Source: an uncultured bacterium (GTDB lineage: Bacteria; Actinomycetota; Coriobacteriia; Coriobacteriales; Coriobacteriaceae). Taken from it: DNA of 64,000 nucleotides. The first letter of the stretch is position 1, and each line of letters begins with the position of its first letter. The position numbers and the translations under genes are program-made. The notes beneath the pieces are model-generated. The model was not told the DNA's origin. It saw only the letters and a list, made by a program, of their open reading frames with translations, and ran no database searches. The DNA is taken from contig CAJMPY010000006.1 in assembly GCA_905215385.1 (NCBI GenBank), forward strand, positions 5,292-69,291, read 5' to 3'. Positions 28,942 to 38,537 of this stretch are shown here, in pieces.

Positions 28942-31120
28942 TGGCGGGCTCCTCCCACGTCTCCCACGTCGGGTCGCACGAAGCCACCCACGCGCCGTCG
29001 GAACGCTTCACGCTACAGCTGAGGCGGGCGCGGAACCGCTCGCCGTAGAGATCGCGCACCCAGAAGCGCCCCGCCATGTTCATGACCTCGAGGAATGACT
29101 TGTAGTCCTTCTCGTCGAGCAGCAGGAAGTCCATGCTGTCCTTGACGTCCCGTTCGTTGATGCCGTACGAGACGGGCAGCCCTTCCCCGCCGTCGGCGAA
29201 GTGCAGCATCTTGTATCCGTGCGTCACCTTACGGCTCGAGCCCTTCTTGAGATAGCGCCCGAGCCACGACCTCTCAGCGCCGGCTCCCCAGTTGAGAGCC
29301 ACCGCGCGGCTCGCCACGGTCGTTTTGACCCTCGTCGCCGCGCTCACGCCCGTCGCCGCGTACGCGACGGCAACGTACTCGAACTCGCTGTTGAGCGGCG
29401 GCAGCGGATCGCTCGCGCCCTCGCCCGCCGCAAGGTGCGAGCCGAGCTGCAGGGTCGAGCCGTCTGGCAGGACGCGCGACACGGTGAAATGGGACGTCTC
29501 GGGCGTGTCATCGCTGTCGGCCCTGCCGGGGAATACCGACAGCTGGCATCCCAGCCTCTCGTCGACGAAAACGTTGAGCGACGGCTTGGCCGGTGGCGCC
29601 CAGTCGGTCTGGAAAACTCTCGAGGCGGCGACCGACAGCGACGAGCCGGCTGTGACCGTGAGCACGACCCTGTAGACCGTGTGGTTGACGAAGGCGTGCT
29701 GCGCATAGCCCAGGCGGAAGGAACGCGCGTCCTTGTCCAGCATCCCGCTCCACAGGATGTTGCCCCTGATGTCGCGCAAAGACAGGTGCTGTCGGCTGAC
29801 GCCCGTCTCGTCGGCCACCTTCCACGTGAAGGTATGCGGCACCGCACGCAAGGTCGCCCCGTCCGCAGCCGGGTCGGTGAAGAATGCCTGAGGCGCGTCC
29901 GCCACGGTATAGGCCGCCGCGCTCGACCATGCGCCCCAGTCCTCGTCGAGTCCCTTGGTGCGCACGCGCACGGTATAGGGGCCCTTGGTGCCGGTCGGCA
30001 GCTTCAGGCTCGCGCCCGGGCCATCGACCGTCGTGGTGGTGGGACCCGTCGGCGTCGTGATCTGCACCTCAGCCGAGGCCTGCGCCGAGCCGTCCGGATG
30101 GTTGGGCACCCATTCGAGCGTCGCAGTCGAACCCGTGGCGTAAGCCGCCCTGACGCCCCTGATGGACGGTGCGAGCGGCGGGCATATGGTCGTGACCTCG
30201 TTTGACTCGGTCCACGGTCCCTTGAGGCCGCTCTTGACCGCGCGGGCGCGGTAGCGCACCGTACCCGCCGGTGCCTCCTCGTCCTCCCAAGAGGCGTTCA
30301 CGTCCGCATCGACCCACGTCTTTCCACCGTCGGTCGTGAGCTGGAACTCCCAGCTGTCGACGAAGGCCGGCGCGTCGTGCTCCTTGAGCACGACCTTCGC
30401 CGCCTCCGCCTTGACCGCCTCGAGCATGCCGAGCGCCGTCGGCGTGGTGTAGATCGCCGGCGCGCTCACGCCGTAGTCCGACGTGCCGCCGGGGCCCGTC
30501 GCCTTGGCTGAGAAGATGTACATGCAGCCCGGCTCGAGGCCGTTGTAGGTGTGGCTCGTGGTGTCCCAACTGACGGTGCCGACGTCGGTGAACTTCCCCG
30601 GGCCGTTCTTCACCACGCCGACGGTCACGGTCGACCAGGGGAAGTCGCCGTTCATGCCCGTGTAGTCGACGTCCCAGCTGACCTTCGCGCTGGTGTCGCT
30701 CAGGCGCTCCGCCCTGATGTTCTTCGGCGTGTGCGGCGTGTGGTAGGCACGGCACGGGACCGTGACGGTGTTGGAGGCGTTAGATGTTCCGTTGCCGAAG
30801 CCGCCCGTGACGTTAATCTGGCCCGTGAAGGTGTGGTTGTAGGCGTCGCCGTTTCCGCGCGCGAGCTCGACGTCGCGCGACGTGCACTGCACCCACACCC
30901 AGCCGGAGTTGTTCGTCGAGTAGACCGAGCCGTTCCACGAGCCGCCCGCCGACGAGCTGCCGTTTGCGTAGCAGTCGATGGCGTAGCGCGTGCCGTAGCC
31001 GTGCGTGACGCGGTAGGTCACGGTGGTGTCCGTGCGCCCGACCTCAGCAACGTCCACGTACGCGCACCAGCAGTACTTTCTATAGCCACTGCCACCTTGA
31101 ACCCAGTTTCCCTGCGCCAT
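28934..31120 (-). CDS. phage tail fibre/tail-associated protein with fibronectin type III-like repeats
   Basis: 728 aa; several repeats of about 90 aa rich in W/T/G with the ...VSW...Y.V.A. FN3 pattern; directly downstream of the tape measure gene. Confidence 0.55.
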   Translation of the reverse strand: MAQGNWVQGGSGYRKYCWCAYVDVAEVGRTDTTVTYRVTHGYGTRYAIDCYANGSSSAGGSWNGSVYSTNNSGWVWVQCTSRDVELARGNGDAYNHTFTGQINVTGGFGNGTSNASNTVTVPCRAYHTPHTPKNIRAERLSDTSAKVSWDVDYTGMNGDFPWSTVTVGVVKNGPGKFTDVGTVSWDTTSHTYNGLEPGCMYIFSAKATGPGGTSDYGVSAPAIYTTPTALGMLEAVKAEAAKVVLKEHDAPAFVDSWEFQLTTDGGKTWVDADVNASWEDEEAPAGTVRYRARAVKSGLKGPWTESNEVTTICPPLAPSIRGVRAAYATGSTATLEWVPNHPDGSAQASAEVQITTPTGPTTTTVDGPGASLKLPTGTKGPYTVRVRTKGLDEDWGAWSSAAAYTVADAPQAFFTDPAADGATLRAVPHTFTWKVADETGVSRQHLSLRDIRGNILWSGMLDKDARSFRLGYAQHAFVNHTVYRVVLTVTAGSSLSVAASRVFQTDWAPPAKPSLNVFVDERLGCQLSVFPGRADSDDTPETSHFTVSRVLPDGSTLQLGSHLAAGEGASDPLPPLNSEFEYVAVAYAATGVSAATRVKTTVASRAVALNWGAGAERSWLGRYLKKGSSRKVTHGYKMLHFADGGEGLPVSYGINERDVKDSMDFLLLDEKDYKSFLEVMNMAGRFWVRDLYGERFRARLSCSVKRSDGAWVASCDPTWETWEEPANG

Positions 31121-31121
31121 G

Positions 31122-33545
31122 CTACGCGACCCCCATCGCCATGCTCTGCTCCACCGCCGCGACGAAGACCCTGAACGCGGACGCCACGCGCCCGTCGACG
31201 CCCAGCAGGTCGCCGTCGAGGTAGAGGTTGTAAACGTTTCCGCCGCCCGCGATGCCCGCGGCGCCGTTGGCGGTCGCCCCGTATGCTCCGCCGCCGGTAA
31301 CGCTCACGCCGAACACGGCGGCCTTCTCGACGTTGCGCACCGCCGACCTCATGGACTTCACCGGCTCGTCCGCCGTGTCGTCGATGCCGAGGGCCGCGCC
31401 CTGCATCACGTAGCCGAACATCTTGCGGAACACGCGCGACGGCGAGTGGATACCCAGCAGGTTCTTGGCCGCGTCGATGGCGCCGCCGACCACGCCGGTA
31501 ATCTTGCTCACGACCACGCCTGCCGCGCCGCTGATTCCGTTTGCGATGCCCTGCACGATCTGCGAGCCGATGGAGGCCACGCGGCCCGGGATGGAGGACA
31601 GGGCGCCCATGATGGAACTGCCGATACTCGAGGCCGCCGAGGTCACGAAGCCGACCGCGCCGCGGATGGCGGAGCCCAGGCTGCTGATTCCGTTGCGGCC
31701 GATGCTCGCCAGGGTGGACGGCAGGTTCTGGATTGCGCCGCGGATAGCGGACACGATGTTGGCGCCGCACGTGCTGACGAAGCCGGCCATGCCGGTGATG
31801 CCGTTGCCCAGGAACGTGATGGCGTTCCTGCCTAGGCTCAGCCAGTCGAGCTCCGACCACGCCGATACGAAGGCCGAGAAGATGGCCGGGATATTGGCGA
31901 TGAGCGTCGGTATCGCCTGTACGATACCGAGCGCCAGCGTCACGATTGCCTGGATGCCGGCACCGAGCAGCGTCGGCGCGTTGTCGTTGATCGCGCTGGC
32001 GAGGTTCTGCACGATGACCGGGGCCTGCTCGATGAGCGTCGGCAGGCTGTCGGCGATACCCTGCGCCAAGCCGACGATGAGGTTCGCCGCGCCCTCTGCC
32101 AGAACGCCCGCGTTCTCGGCTATGGACTCGGAGAGGCCGGTGAGAATCTGCAGGCCGCTCTCCGTGATGGAGGGCAGGTTCTCGGACAGGTAGCCGCCGA
32201 GCGATGTCATGAGCGACGCCGCCGTCTCGGAGAGGAACGACAGCCCCATCTCGATTCCCTCGGCGAGTCTGGGAACGACCTCGCCGCCCACGTCGGCGAA
32301 GCCCTCGGCGATGCCGGGCAGCGATGAGGTGATGTTCTCCTGCAGCGTGGACAGGTCGCCCTCGAGCAGCGTCAGGCCGTAGACCATGGCGAGGTGCAGC
32401 GACTCGAGCGGGTTGTCGCCAGCCGACCAGATCTCGCCAAGGCCCTTGAAGCGCTCGCCGATCTCGTCCACGCCGTCTGACACGGCGGAGAGGATGTCGC
32501 CCATGGGCCCGGGCACGGCCTCAGCCGCGCTGTCGAGCGCCTGCGTGAAGATGTCGACGAACGCCTGGCCGAGCACGGGACCGACCGACGTGACAAGGCT
32601 CGGTAGCTGCGACAGCGCCGTGCCGACGATGGTCGCGACGCGCGGGACGACGTTCGAGGCCGCTGTCTCGACCGACTGTAACAGCTCCTCGGTGAGCTTG
32701 CCCATGTCGGCGTCGTCCTTGCCGAGCTCCGTCACCCAGTTCTCCCAGGCGGCCTTCGCCATGTTGCAGGAGCCCTCGATGGTCGTCGCGGCCTCGCGCG
32801 AGGTCGTGCCGGCGATCTGCATCTGCTCCTGCATCGTGTGGATGGCCAACACGACGTTATCGAAGGACAGGCTCGACTCGTCCACGGCGGAGTTGACGGC
32901 GTGCGCGTCCTTGATGAGGCGCTGCATCTCCTCCTTGGTGCCGCCGTAACCCAACTTGAGGTTGTCCAACATGGTGTAATTTTGTTTCGCAAAGCCCTGG
33001 TACGCGTTCTGGAGGTCCTCCATCGCCGTGCCGAAGGTGTTCGCGTTGTCGCTCATGTCGACCATTGCCGTGTTGGCGTACTTCGCGGCCTTTACCGTGT
33101 CGCCGCCCAGTGAGGAAACGAGCGAGGCCGAGAAACCTGTCACCTGCTCCATGTATTGGTTGGCGCTAATGCCGGCCGTCTTGTAGGCTGCGTCGGCGTT
33201 TGCGAGCACCGTGGTCTGCGCCTGCTCGAGCTGCTGCCACTTGCCGGAGCACTGCTCGACGGTCTGCCCCGTGAGCGCGGCGTACTCGTCGAGCGACTTG
33301 CCCATGTTGCCGAAAATCTTCTGGATGCCGCCGACGTTCTGCTCGTACGCGGCGTAGGCCTGCGTGCTCGCCACGCCGATGGCGGCGACGCCCGCCCCCA
33401 CGGCGGCGACGCCCACGCCTACCGCCTTGGCAACGGTCGCGCCGGCCTTGCCGAGCGTGCCCACGACCTTCGAGGCCACGCCCTCGGCCTTGCCGCTGGC
33501 CTCGTCCTTGAGGCCGACCTTAATCATCAGGTCGAGAAGGTTCAC
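31122..33545 (-). CDS. tail tape measure protein
   Basis: 807 aa, Ala/Gly/Ser-rich helical repeats, LLGIHSPSRVFRKMFGYVMQG motif near the C-terminus; located after the chaperone pair. Confidence 0.85.
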   Translation of the reverse strand: MNLLDLMIKVGLKDEASGKAEGVASKVVGTLGKAGATVAKAVGVGVAAVGAGVAAIGVASTQAYAAYEQNVGGIQKIFGNMGKSLDEYAALTGQTVEQCSGKWQQLEQAQTTVLANADAAYKTAGISANQYMEQVTGFSASLVSSLGGDTVKAAKYANTAMVDMSDNANTFGTAMEDLQNAYQGFAKQNYTMLDNLKLGYGGTKEEMQRLIKDAHAVNSAVDESSLSFDNVVLAIHTMQEQMQIAGTTSREAATTIEGSCNMAKAAWENWVTELGKDDADMGKLTEELLQSVETAASNVVPRVATIVGTALSQLPSLVTSVGPVLGQAFVDIFTQALDSAAEAVPGPMGDILSAVSDGVDEIGERFKGLGEIWSAGDNPLESLHLAMVYGLTLLEGDLSTLQENITSSLPGIAEGFADVGGEVVPRLAEGIEMGLSFLSETAASLMTSLGGYLSENLPSITESGLQILTGLSESIAENAGVLAEGAANLIVGLAQGIADSLPTLIEQAPVIVQNLASAINDNAPTLLGAGIQAIVTLALGIVQAIPTLIANIPAIFSAFVSAWSELDWLSLGRNAITFLGNGITGMAGFVSTCGANIVSAIRGAIQNLPSTLASIGRNGISSLGSAIRGAVGFVTSAASSIGSSIMGALSSIPGRVASIGSQIVQGIANGISGAAGVVVSKITGVVGGAIDAAKNLLGIHSPSRVFRKMFGYVMQGAALGIDDTADEPVKSMRSAVRNVEKAAVFGVSVTGGGAYGATANGAAGIAGGGNVYNLYLDGDLLGVDGRVASAFRVFVAAVEQSMAMGVA

Positions 33546-34267
33546 CTAGACCACCTTCAATCCCATCCGCTCGATGATGTCTGCGGCGATCTCGTCGCCG
33601 CTGCGCGTGTCATCCGCCTCGGACCCATCGCCCGCACCGCCGTTGACGATGCTCAGGAAGGGCTCCTTGAGCCACTTCCCCTGCGCCATGAGGCGCACCG
33701 ACTCGCTCAGGTACACGCGGAACGCCTCCCGCTCGTCCCGCTCGCGCCACCGCGCGACCATGTACCTAGAGAAAGGGCGAGCACGCCGTGGCCCGACGTA
33801 CTCGCCCAGACAGAGCCATATGTGAGATGGGTCCTCGGCGGCTATCCAAAAAAAGGAGCCAGGACGTCCTTGATGCCGTCGATACCGTCGACGGCATCCT
33901 TGATGTCGTTCACCCACTTCTTGACGGTGAAGTCGGCCTTGTACTCCTCGAGCGTCTGGCCGTCGAGTGCGGCGAGCAGCTTGTAGCTGATCTCACCACC
34001 CTGGCGCAGCACGTCGGGCAGAAGACCCACTACCATGTCCACGGCGAGGCCGTTGACCTCGGCGGTGGCGGCTGCCTTTGCGGCCTCGGGGTCGCCCTTG
34101 GCCTTGGCGGTCGCCTTGGCCTTGGCCTTGGCGGAGTCGGAGCGGAACTTGGCGTAGGCGGCCTTGGCCTTCGCGCCGAGTTCGCCGTTCATGACGTCCT
34201 CCGCCACGTCCGCCAACAGGCACATGGCGTTCTGGAACTCGTCGGCGTTAAGGTTCTCCAGCTTCAT
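33546..34267 (-). CDS. tail assembly chaperone G-T fusion made by a -1 programmed frameshift at the U7 run (plus-strand A-run 33848-33854)
   Basis: The -1 frame continues ...FFWIAAEDPSH... for another 103 codons to 33546; canonical phage G/GT arrangement upstream of the tape measure gene. Confidence 0.55.
33842..34267 (-). CDS. tail assembly chaperone (G-like, zero-frame product)
   Basis: 141 aa, acidic; ends at a CCU UUU UUU GGA UAG slippery run. Confidence 0.65.
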   Translation of the reverse strand: MKLENLNADEFQNAMCLLADVAEDVMNGELGAKAKAAYAKFRSDSAKAKAKATAKAKGDPEAAKAAATAEVNGLAVDMVVGLLPDVLRQGGEISYKLLAALDGQTLEEYKADFTVKKWVNDIKDAVDGIDGIKDVLAPFFG

Positions 34268-34269
34268 GG

Positions 34270-34839
34270 TTAGGCTCCAATCTCCTGTTTGATATACAGC
34301 TCGTAGGGCACGATCTCGGGGTTCTTGATTGAGTAGTGGCCCGTGAACTCGAACGCGAACTGGCCCTTGGCCTTGTTCTGCGTCGTGATCTGCAGGCCGC
34401 CCGTGTTGAGCGCGTTGATGAGGCGGATGGCGATATAGCCGTTGCCGTTCTCGCCCGAGTAGTCGCCGATGAGCCAGATATCGGCGAAGTCGGCCTCCGA
34501 GAGCGCGGAGCGCGGGACGATCTTCCCCTCGGTCTCGTCGGCTGCGGCTGCGAGCTTCTTGCCGAGCGCGGTGTTCAGCGTCACGAAGGTGCCGCTCAGC
34601 TTGGCCTCGATGCTGTCGATGCGCTTGAGCTCCATCGTGTTGGCGGGGCAGTTGTCGATGTCCTCGCCGTAGTCGATGAAGCTGGGCGTGGCGGCGAAGC
34701 TGGTTCCGCCGCTCGTCGCGCCCATCAGCTCGGACTCCGCGACCTCTGCGGTCTTGGGGTTGAAATTCGTGGCGAGTAGGCCCGCGTTGATGACGATCTC
34801 CTTGAACGTGTTCTCGGGGATGCGCGTGAACTTAGACAT
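34270..34839 (-). CDS. major tail protein
   Basis: 189 aa; synteny (immediately upstream of the chaperones) and beta-rich composition. Confidence 0.65.
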   Translation of the reverse strand: MSKFTRIPENTFKEIVINAGLLATNFNPKTAEVAESELMGATSGGTSFAATPSFIDYGEDIDNCPANTMELKRIDSIEAKLSGTFVTLNTALGKKLAAAADETEGKIVPRSALSEADFADIWLIGDYSGENGNGYIAIRLINALNTGGLQITTQNKAKGQFAFEFTGHYSIKNPEIVPYELYIKQEIGA

Positions 34840-34847
34840 ATGACCTC

Positions 34848-35216
34848 CTAGTAGCTGGTCATGTACTCAATGGTCAGGTTGATGATTCGGCGCTTCACGG
34901 CGTTGTCCTCGTCGGCCATGGCGTTGCAGAACGGCTCGCCCTGCATCACCCACATGCCGCCGCCGTCGCACGGCAGCAACACGCCGGAGAGCCCCAGCGC
35001 CCGGGCGACCTCCTCGGCCTTGGCGTTGGGCGCGGCCTCGGACGAGGTCAGGTACCAGAGGTTCACCTCGGAGTTGCACTGCGTGCCGAATGCCGCGGTC
35101 GGCAGGTCGTAGGTGATGTAGGGCATCTTCGCCTTGCGCGGCACCGCCGAGTCGCGGTACACGGGAAGGCCGAAGCCCTCGAGCCACGCCTGCAGCGTCG
35201 CCGCTTTAGTCGCCAT
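34848..35216 (-). CDS. tail terminator/completion protein (by position)
   Basis: 122 aa from MATKAATLQ; between the connector genes and the major tail gene. Confidence 0.4.
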   Translation of the reverse strand: MATKAATLQAWLEGFGLPVYRDSAVPRKAKMPYITYDLPTAAFGTQCNSEVNLWYLTSSEAAPNAKAEEVARALGLSGVLLPCDGGGMWVMQGEPFCNAMADEDNAVKRRIINLTIEYMTSY

Positions 35217-35538
35217 CCGGCACCTCCCACTCCTCCGCGCTGCACTGGCCGAAGCCAAACGACGCGCAGCGCGGCGCGGCCCCGTCGTCCGCGTTCGACG
35301 TGCAGCGGAATACCTGCCCGTCGAACGCACGCTGGAAGAGATCGCCGTATCGCAGCGGCTCGTCGGTGGTCACGGTGTAGACGTTCCTCACGCCGTCGTG
35401 CTCCGCGATGCGCGAGGCCGTCGAGCTGTCGCGCACGATCGCCGCCGTGAAGCCGTCGCCTACGGCGAGGACGGTCTTGAATCCGCCCTCGCCGTCAGGC
35501 TCGGTCTTTGCGACGAGCCTCGCGCACGCTACCGCCAT
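35206..35538 (-). CDS. head-tail adaptor/head closure protein (by position)
   Basis: About 110 aa from MAVACARLV; overlapping start/stop with its neighbours. Confidence 0.4.
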   Translation of the reverse strand: MAVACARLVAKTEPDGEGGFKTVLAVGDGFTAAIVRDSSTASRIAEHDGVRNVYTVTTDEPLRYGDLFQRAFDGQVFRCTSNADDGAAPRCASFGFGQCSAEEWEVPDGD

Positions 35539-35555
35539 GCGCTCGTACAGGCGGC

Positions 35556-35972
35556 TCACAGCTTTCTCCAAGGGTCGAGACGCGCCTTGAACTGCTGTCG
35601 CCACGTGATGGGCGAGCCGTCGCCGCCGACGCGCGTGTAGCTGTAGCCGCCGAAGCTCTCGGATGCGTACGGGCTGTCCAGCTCCTTGGCATGCTCGGTC
35701 TGCCACGCCGCGATCTCGTCAGCGAGGTCGACCACGGCGCGCGGGATGGCGAGCGCCCAGACGGTGCCGACGAACTCCTCGTCCGTGAGTTCGTTGTAGG
35801 GCCACGCGTGCAGCCCGTCGTTGAAGGTCGAACCCGTGATGCGGATGTACTGGCCCTCCTTGAGGCCGAGGGCCGCGGGCGGCACGAGGCGGCCGTCCTC
35901 GATACGGACGCGCCCCGTGCGCTTGTCGGCGACGAACCAGTTGCGCAGCGACAGAAGCACCTGCTCGAGCAT
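35556..35972 (-). CDS. head-tail connector protein (by position)
   Basis: 138 aa, immediately downstream of the major capsid gene. Confidence 0.4.
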   Translation of the reverse strand: MLEQVLLSLRNWFVADKRTGRVRIEDGRLVPPAALGLKEGQYIRITGSTFNDGLHAWPYNELTDEEFVGTVWALAIPRAVVDLADEIAAWQTEHAKELDSPYASESFGGYSYTRVGGDGSPITWRQQFKARLDPWRKL

Positions 35973-35980
35973 CTCTGCGC

Positions 35981-36862
35981 CTATCGCTTGTCGGTGATGA
36001 CGGCGGCGAGCTCGGGGCTGAGGGTCTTGACGCCGCAGAGCATGTCGATGGAGACGGTGTCGGTCTTGGTCTTCTGGTCGTAGCCCTGCACGACGCGCAG
36101 GCCGAAGCCGTCGTAGGAGGTGGAGAACGCCTTGGGGGCGCCGAGCGGCATCTCGAGCTGGCGGGTCACGAGCGCGAAGGCGTTCTTGTGGAACGCGATG
36201 GACGGCGTGTAGTTTGCCGTCTCCGCCGTGGTCTTCTGCACGTTCTGGTCGCAGTAGAAGTCGAGGCCGTACTTACGGCCAAGCGATGCCTCCTTGAGGG
36301 CGGTGCCGTTGTCGCCGACGGCGGACGCGTTGGTGAACGCCTCGGTGTTGAGCAGGTCGGCCTCGGCCTGGGAGCCGTAGACGAAGCGGCGCTCCGTGGA
36401 GGGCGCCTTGGCGTCCACGAGGAACTTGCGGGCGGCGATGATGTCCGCCACGGCGATGGCGCCCTTGGCGTGGTCGACGCGGTTCGTGACGTCCTTCTCG
36501 AGCGCGAGCAGGTAGCCGTCGATCTTGTCGGCGAAGGCCTGCATGGCGGGGACGAGGAACTGCGCGGAGAAGTCGACGATGCCCATCGTCAGCTCCTTGG
36601 ACGTGACGGCGAACGTCACGTCGAGCAGCTTGTCCATCTTGACGGGAACCTTGCTCTCCGTGGCGTCCTGCACCTCGACCTCGGTAGTGAACTCCTTGGC
36701 CTCGAAGGTGGCGGGCTTGCGGACGGTGATGGTGTCGCCCACGCCGGCGACGAACTCGGAGGAGTAGTCGCGGTGGACGAGGTTGGCCATGACGGCGTTG
36801 GTGCGCAGCACGTCCAGTGCCTCGTTGGCGATGATGTTGGGTGTAAGGATGGTGTTCGACAT
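35981..36862 (-). CDS. major capsid protein
   Basis: 293 aa; follows the scaffold gene; overall composition and size fit a phage coat protein. Confidence 0.7.
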   Translation of the reverse strand: MSNTILTPNIIANEALDVLRTNAVMANLVHRDYSSEFVAGVGDTITVRKPATFEAKEFTTEVEVQDATESKVPVKMDKLLDVTFAVTSKELTMGIVDFSAQFLVPAMQAFADKIDGYLLALEKDVTNRVDHAKGAIAVADIIAARKFLVDAKAPSTERRFVYGSQAEADLLNTEAFTNASAVGDNGTALKEASLGRKYGLDFYCDQNVQKTTAETANYTPSIAFHKNAFALVTRQLEMPLGAPKAFSTSYDGFGLRVVQGYDQKTKTDTVSIDMLCGVKTLSPELAAVITDKR

Positions 36863-36871
36863 AGAAACCCC

Positions 36872-37417
36872 TTAGCCTCTCTGCTCCGCCTTGTACTTCA
36901 TGTACTCGGCGGTGCTCATTTCGTTGATGTCCTTGCCGCCCTCGCCCTTGGGGGCGTGGGCCACGTCGGCGCCCTTGACGGTCGTGGTTGCGATGAAGTC
37001 GGCCCAGTCGGCCTTGATGCCCTCGGTGAGCTTGTCCGCGCCCTCGATAGCGCCGTCCTTGACGGTCACGTTCTCGAGGTCGGAGACCTTGAGAACGGTC
37101 TCGATGCGCTTGGGGTCGACGCCCGCCGACTTGAGCAGCTCTCGGTACAGGCTGCGCTTCTCGGCTGCGGCCTTCTCGCCATCGACCTTGGCCTTGTAGT
37201 CGTCGAGCTCCTTGCACTTGGCCTTGTACTTTTCCTCGTACTCGCCCGCGCCCTCGCCCTTGGCCTTGAGCGCGTCCAGCTCCTTCTTGTAGCCGTCCGC
37301 CTTGCCCGCGGCCTCCTTGAGCTCGTCGCGCTGCGCCTTGAGCGCGTCCACGCTCTCGGCGTGCTCCTCGATGATCTGGTCGATCTTCTCGTCCTCGATG
37401 CCCATTGCCTTGAGCAT
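36872..37417 (-). CDS. capsid scaffolding protein
   Basis: About 180 aa, highly charged K/E/A-rich coiled coil (KAQRDELKEAAGKADGYKKELDALKAKGE...). Confidence 0.6.
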   Translation of the reverse strand: MLKAMGIEDEKIDQIIEEHAESVDALKAQRDELKEAAGKADGYKKELDALKAKGEGAGEYEEKYKAKCKELDDYKAKVDGEKAAAEKRSLYRELLKSAGVDPKRIETVLKVSDLENVTVKDGAIEGADKLTEGIKADWADFIATTTVKGADVAHAPKGEGGKDINEMSTAEYMKYKAEQRG

Positions 37418-37544
37418 CTTTCGCGTGAGTGCCAACAGAATCTCCCTTGCTTCGGAATGGGCGGGTCCCAGCCTGTTGCCTCGGCAGGGCCCGCGCCGCA
37501 ATACCTCGCGGCAAGGGTGAGTATCCAAGCGGAGTAACGCGGCC

Positions 37545-37967
37545 CTACGCGCCGCCCCTCAGGTGCTTCTCGAGAATCGCCCGGTACGTGTCCCCGTGGC
37601 CCGTCGCCGCCTTGCGCAGGAAGTGCTTGCCCTTCATGCGGGAAGTCCCCTCCTCGACGTACGGCGCGTACTCGACGTTGGTGCCGATGAAGCAGTCGTA
37701 GCCTTTGAGTAGGTGCGTGACGGAGTTGCGCAACCTGCCCGTGTCGACCGGGCACGTCGCCTTGGCGTAGCCCTCCGCGACGAGGCCTATCTCCTCTAGG
37801 CCCGTTTTATAGGCGCGCAGGAGGGCCTTCTCGACCTGCTCGATGTTGTTCTGCCGTATCTCGATGCACTCGGCGGTATCCAGTTTCGCGGCGTTTACGA
37901 TCTCCTCGGTGATGAGGGTCCCGTGCCGTCCTCGGTCGCCGACGCCGCCGACGAGCCCGTAGGCCAT
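37545..37967 (-). CDS. HK97 gp10-like phage protein
   Basis: 140 aa from MAYGLVGG; CPVDTGRLRNS motif typical of the gp10 family. Confidence 0.45.
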   Translation of the reverse strand: MAYGLVGGVGDRGRHGTLITEEIVNAAKLDTAECIEIRQNNIEQVEKALLRAYKTGLEEIGLVAEGYAKATCPVDTGRLRNSVTHLLKGYDCFIGTNVEYAPYVEEGTSRMKGKHFLRKAATGHGDTYRAILEKHLRGGA

Positions 37968-38188
37968 CAGTCGAGCACCTCGCAGCCGTAGCCAACGCGG
38001 CCGTTGACGTCCGCCTCGATGGCCTCGATGGCCTGCACCGGCACGCCCTCGCATCCGAGCGTGCAGCCGTCGTCTGGCGCGACCTCGTCGCCGCGCTGCG
38101 TGCAGATGTAGGTGTCCGGGAACGTGAAGCCGAAACCCAGCTTTACGGCGCAGTCGCCGCAGTTCGCGCAAGTGAATAGCTCTTTCAT
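37967..38188 (-). CDS. small cysteine-rich phage protein
   Basis: 73 aa with CANCGDC...C...C...C pattern; start overlaps the downstream gene. Confidence 0.35.
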   Translation of the reverse strand: MKELFTCANCGDCAVKLGFGFTFPDTYICTQRGDEVAPDDGCTLGCEGVPVQAIEAIEADVNGRVGYGCEVLD

Positions 38189-38270
38189 GCCTGCCCCAAT
38201 CTCTCTGCGGGCAGTGTCGCGGCACGGTCACGCGGCATGAAAAAAGCCCCGCCGTGGCGGGGCCTGTTGG

Positions 38271-38537
38271 CTAGTTATTTAGTTCGCTTTCGAATATCTC
38301 GACTATATCGGCCTCAAGAGCATCCTCGAACTTATCCGGGCCAAACAGCTCGTAGTACTCCCTGCGATTCTCGTCGTCGTATTTGGCCTCTTCAAGCCAT
38401 AGCTCCTGAACGGCTTTAGGCTTGGAATCGAGAACGTGACCTATAGCGTCGACGTCGTCTCTTCCGTCGAGATAGCTAACGGCTTCGTTGAGTATGTCAT
38501 TCATGATGCTCAATCTTGAAACCGAACCTCTCCTCAA
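38271..38537 (-). CDS. small acidic protein immediately after the MuF-JAB gene (candidate immunity/antagonist partner); start uncertain (MRRG at 38537 or MNDIL at 38504)
   Basis: 88 aa, very acidic C-terminal half; locally lower GC (about 50%) than the surrounding phage DNA. Confidence 0.4.
   Translation of the reverse strand: MRRGSVSRLSIMNDILNEAVSYLDGRDDVDAIGHVLDSKPKAVQELWLEEAKYDDENRREYYELFGPDKFEDALEADIVEIFESELNN

Noticed and set aside
36188-37537. 449-aa plus-strand ORF and Arg/Gly-rich minus ORF 36273-37514
   Set aside because: Both are alternative frames over the scaffold and major capsid genes. The composition (poly-R/G/Q) is not protein-like, and the true genes occupy the third frame.
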